The notes under the pieces are model-generated. The model saw nothing but the letters and a program-made list of their open reading frames with translations, had not been told where the DNA came from and ran no database searches. A stretch of DNA of 63,673 nt, counting the filler, from Nemertoderma westbladi (lineage: Eukaryota; Animalia; Xenacoelomorpha), in assembly GCA_032718475.1 (NCBI GenBank). It is 4 parts of 4 records of this genome, joined end to end, with 100 filler letters (N's around TTAATTAATTAA, not from the genome) between each part and the next. Parts side by side here need not be neighbours in the genome. Positions count along the whole stretch, not along the records: positions 55,803 to 63,673 come from JAUCBJ010003251.1; 3 more parts are not named here. One strand, given 5' to 3'. Position numbers and translations under genes: made by a program. The stretch's first letter is position 1; every line of letters starts with the position of its first letter. Shown in pieces: positions 59,663 through 63,673 of the stretch.

Positions 59663-60610
59663 TCTCTACCACTCGCAATGGGCCAATTTTCCTTAGTCTT
59701 ATTTTATTTGTCTTATGATCCCCCCTGTCTGTGCTATTATCCTATTTATTTTTCTACTTCCTTCTTACTATGTACCCTACTAGTACTATGCTATGCCTAC
59801 ATGCCCTTTACTTTCTTACTACATGGCGCTCTCGGTGCCCACAATTTCTAACGTCTATGGTACTATGTACCCTAATACTGCTACTATGGTATATCTACAT
59901 ACCACACCTTTCACTCTCTCTCTCTATGTGGCGCTTTCATGGTGCCCACAACCTCTCTGCTACTACTTCTATGGTATACCTACATACCATACCCTCTACT
60001 CTCTTTCTACGTGGCGCTTTCGGTGCCCACAACCTCTAACTCTCTCGGTACTATGTACCCTGCTACTCCGGTACTATGTACCCCGCTACTACTCTCGCGG
60101 TATGTCTATATACCACACTCCCTAATTTCTAACTTCTAACTCTCCTCTTACTCTTGCTAATTTCTACTAACTTTCTAACTCCTTACTTCTTACTAACTCT
60201 TACTAACTTCTAACTAGTGCTACCTACTATCTAACTATCTACTACTATTACTTTCTAACTTTCTACTATCTCACTTCTTACTCTATTATTATTTATTATT
60301 TATATTTATTTATGTGTGAGAAGGGCGTCTCGCCCTCATTCCCACCCCCCTCAGTCCAACATATTGGACGACTAAACTTCAAGGGCGATTCTTCCAGCAG
60401 GCACTCTCCCACTGCCCCCCTGTAGGTCTTCTTATCCTTCGCCGCACTCTCCTTGCCAATTCCAACTCTCTAGGAATTGATTCTCCCTCCTCCACCACCC
60501 TAAAATCAGGTCTTTCGGTCGCCTTCTTAATTTCCTCATGGTCCTCTGGCAGCAAAATGCCACCCTTCATCTTGTCGTGGCGATAGAATGAAAAGAAATC
60601 GAAAGAACAG

Positions 60611-63600
60611 TTAAAACAGAATGAATAATAGTAATCCTATCCCTTTCCACCCTGTCTTCTTATTTGACCTTCCCCTTTTCGGTATGCCTCTCAACCAGAT
60701 CGGCGTCTCCTCTGGACACTTCTCCGGACATCTCGCCATCCACTCATCTCCTTCCTCATACCGATACTTGCCGGGAACATCCTTGTTCCATCCCATCGTC
60801 TCTAAGTCTTCCGCGTCGAATCCATTCTCCTCCGCCCACTCCCTTGCTGTTACTTTCCCTCCTAATTCATCTACTGACGGTATTTCTCTGGAACTATCCT
60901 CTATCCTTTCACCACGCTCCACTATGCGTGGTTCCAGATCTATACCCAACTCATGGTATCCTTCCCCGGGCCGCTTCTCACATGGGACCTCCCCATCGCC
61001 GGTCTCTGGTTTCTCCTCTACGTCCTCGACAGTGCCTGATAGCAGGCACCCTGATGTCTCCGACACCCTGAATGAAATTTTGGTTTTAATTGGGCCGCTA
61101 AGCGTCCATCCGAATGGTATGAGAATCGCCGTTGGATCACGCTGCTTATTCTCTCCGAATATGGTCCTTACTCTCTCGTGGGCCATCGGACAATCCATTC
61201 CGACTATGATGGATACCTTCGAGACGTCCACTTCCGGTATTGAAAAATCGATATCGTCCAGGAATCGGTATTGCTCGACCTCGATCTTAGTTGATCGCCT
61301 GGCATTTATGTTGATAGATTCTATTATCTGAATGGGGTCGATGGTCGCCCCATAATCACATCCTGGTGCTATTGCTGATATCTCGCACCTTCCCGTCCTC
61401 ATCTCCAGGACCTCATCCTTGCTCGAGGTAGGAGTTACTGCCATCCTACTCGGCCTCGTCTGTAACCCTATCTCCTCGGCCACCCAATTCTCCACCAGCG
61501 TGAAGGCTGCTCTGCTGTCGACCAGCATCAATGTTGTGACTGATCGGCCGCTCTTTCCTGTTATCCTCACTGGTACTACCCCGAGTAGTACTTTACTCTT
61601 TCTTCTTGCTCCCGCCGTGCTCGTAGCCATAGTTTGGCCTCCAGTCTCATCGTCTCCTATCGGTGTTTCTCTACACTCTCCGAATCTGTGTCCTTCTACC
61701 ACGCATTGATGACATAGTCCGTTCGTATCCACGTAGGCTACACGATCTTGTTTAGACAACGCTTGCCAATGCTAAGAACTCATGGTCTTATGGGTCCCAT
61801 CCCTATGCAATTGACATTCGTATCGTGGATTGTAGTGCTCCCTGTATAGCCCTTCATGTATTGCGCGTAGATTCATAACTTCCGGTTTGGTGTTTTGGTT
61901 ATTTAGACTTGGCCTACTGGGTATGTTGGGACTATATTTGTTCGTGTTGTTATTTGGTTTCGGTCCCAGCCATGGTGTGGCCCTACTCCCAGCTAACTGT
62001 GGACTAACAGTCCCCTGTGTGGCTGCATGTGGTAGCGACTGTCTCACTCTCGGGAATGGATCCGCCGGACTGAGTTCGGGTTTAGGCCTGTTGTATTCAG
62101 CTTTCGGTGCCTTCCCCAACTATCCTCGCTGTAGACTGGGTCTGTAATCAACTCAGCTTCGTAATTGAGGAAATTAGACATTTCCTCTAGGCCCGATTCC
62201 GCACCTTTCTTCTCCCGAGTGGAGAAGGCGATCTTCCTCCATTTGTTTCGTAGCCAGATTGGCAGTGTCCGCGCTATCGTGGTGATGTTATTTGATGCGT
62301 TGAGCTCGTATGGCGCATCCAAGGTCTTTAGCACGATCAGCGCCTTCTCGACCTTATTCGCAAAAGTCTTTATACTGACAGGGTTATCCTGTAGACCACC
62401 TGATGTTATTCCCCTCAAGGTCTGCCGGATTATCTTGGCAGGGTGTCCGTATTCCCTGTCTAGGGCCCGCCATGCAGTCGTGAAGCCACCCTCGATACCT
62501 TGATACTGCCTCACAATATCGTACGCTGGGCCCCCTGTGTAAACTTGTAAATATTTTAGGCACTCCGCCTGCATCAGATTCTTAATTAATATTTCATTAC
62601 TGTACATGCGTCAGAATTGCAGGAATTCTTCCGGTCTGCTTCCATCGAATTTAAACAGCTCCACTGGTGGCAGCTCGATCCTGGTCTTAAGCGCATCAAT
62701 GAGTGTTGCCATACCCATTGCCTGTGCTTCCAATAGGTTCGAGGGATGCTGCACAGACTCTCCTGTTGGGTGCGGTCCGCCCATCGGGCCTGTTGATTTT
62801 TTCTCAGATATATCATTGGGGGTAATGGCCCCCTCCATATCTCCATATCGCACGATCTGTTCTGGTCCAAGGGGTTCGGTGTTATAATTCTCGGCTGAGT
62901 GTATTGCTGATATTGTAATGGGGGAATGTCACGCTGTCCCCCCCCCCCCCCCCCCCCCCCCCCACCGGTGTTATGTTTGGTACTGGGGTTGATGTTAATA
63001 TATTTGGGCCCACACACCTATCGGCAATAACTCCCCCCTCCCCTGGGTATATGTTATATCCCTGCATATTATAGTCATACTGGTGTGCAGGTACCGGTAT
63101 AGGCCTATCCACTTCTTTGCCTACCTACCGGTATGTATGCTGCGACTTCCGGGTCTAATCCCGTTGTCCTCACTACCCTATCGCCTACGCTATCTCTTCC
63201 AGCATGGCCTATAGTATGTGCAGTAAGGCCTACAGTATGTCCTGCGGTCTGCCTGTGTGTCCCTCCGGACCGAAGTTTATTCTTCTCGAATATTCCAAGA
63301 AGTCCTCCCCGCGACTACCGTATTCTCGATCGGCAGCTATATCCCATCGGGAAGTTTCTCTTCGATCCCCTCTTCTGTCCTCTTCCTCGTGCCGGTACAT
63401 CCTGTACCCTTCTCCCGGTGTATGCTATATCACACCAGGCTGCGTCTCTCCGGGGTGACGGCAATCTCCCGGAGTTCGACCCCACTGACTCTCTAACTCC
63501 ATCTCTACTACCGACGGTTCACTGTCCATCCTTGCTCTCTGGTTGCTCGTAGCAATGCTTCTTCTATTCTCTTCACTTCTTCTCTCTTCAGTGTAACGAT

Positions 63601-63673
63601 CCTGCTCATGAGATCTCTCTTCGACCTCCCGGATAAACTCCACTGTTCTTCTTCCATCTTCCGACTGGGCTCG
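60611..63673 (-). pseudogene. Element D gag-protease with unrelated acidic C-terminal extension; frameshifted
   Basis: ELFKFDGS, AWRALDREYGHP, CHQCVVEGHRFGEC, LVDSRA (G to R in the DSG motif), GWTLSGP, then sequence with no counterpart in A. Confidence 0.85.

Larger units (their letters stand above)
58395..63673 (-). mobile_element. Element D: BEL/Pao family copy with gag and protease but no RT/RNase H/integrase; 5' part outside the window
   Basis: 3' LTR 58395-59037, PPT 59038-59047; gag and protease nearly colinear with A; family post-pol sequence resumes at ~60440. Confidence 0.9.

Overview
Repeat-dense animal (invertebrate-looking) nuclear DNA with three 100-bp scaffold gaps. Host genes are a single-exon PCNX4 (pecanex-like 4), a gap-truncated THTPA (CYTH thiamine triphosphatase) and two probable exons of a coiled-coil protein. 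The rest is nested retroelements, MITE/TIR elements and minisatellites: RTE and CR1/L2 LINE remnants, Mag-type Gypsy copies and a BEL/Pao family. That family is present as copy A (23904-34976, gag-pol), B (7719-11642, no pol), D (58395 to window end, gag-protease only) and E (1445-4060, 5' fragment). A pol-less LTR element C (13688-18970) has a different LTR. Main finding: A, B and C lack a TGG tRNA primer-binding site. Each 5' LTR is followed directly by a GTAAT... sequence that is the exact reverse complement of a 9-11 nt site inside its own LTR, with compensatory changes between elements. This is the signature of Tf1-like self-primed reverse transcription, here in a BEL/Pao-type lineage. 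B and C also share an uncharacterised CCHC zinc-finger ORF that survives as a remnant downstream of pol in A, and A, B and D share several covarying stem-loops. A SINE-like repeat with a hammerhead-ribozyme motif between Pol III A and B boxes is also present. All alignments were done by eye and family names come from motif recognition, not database searches.
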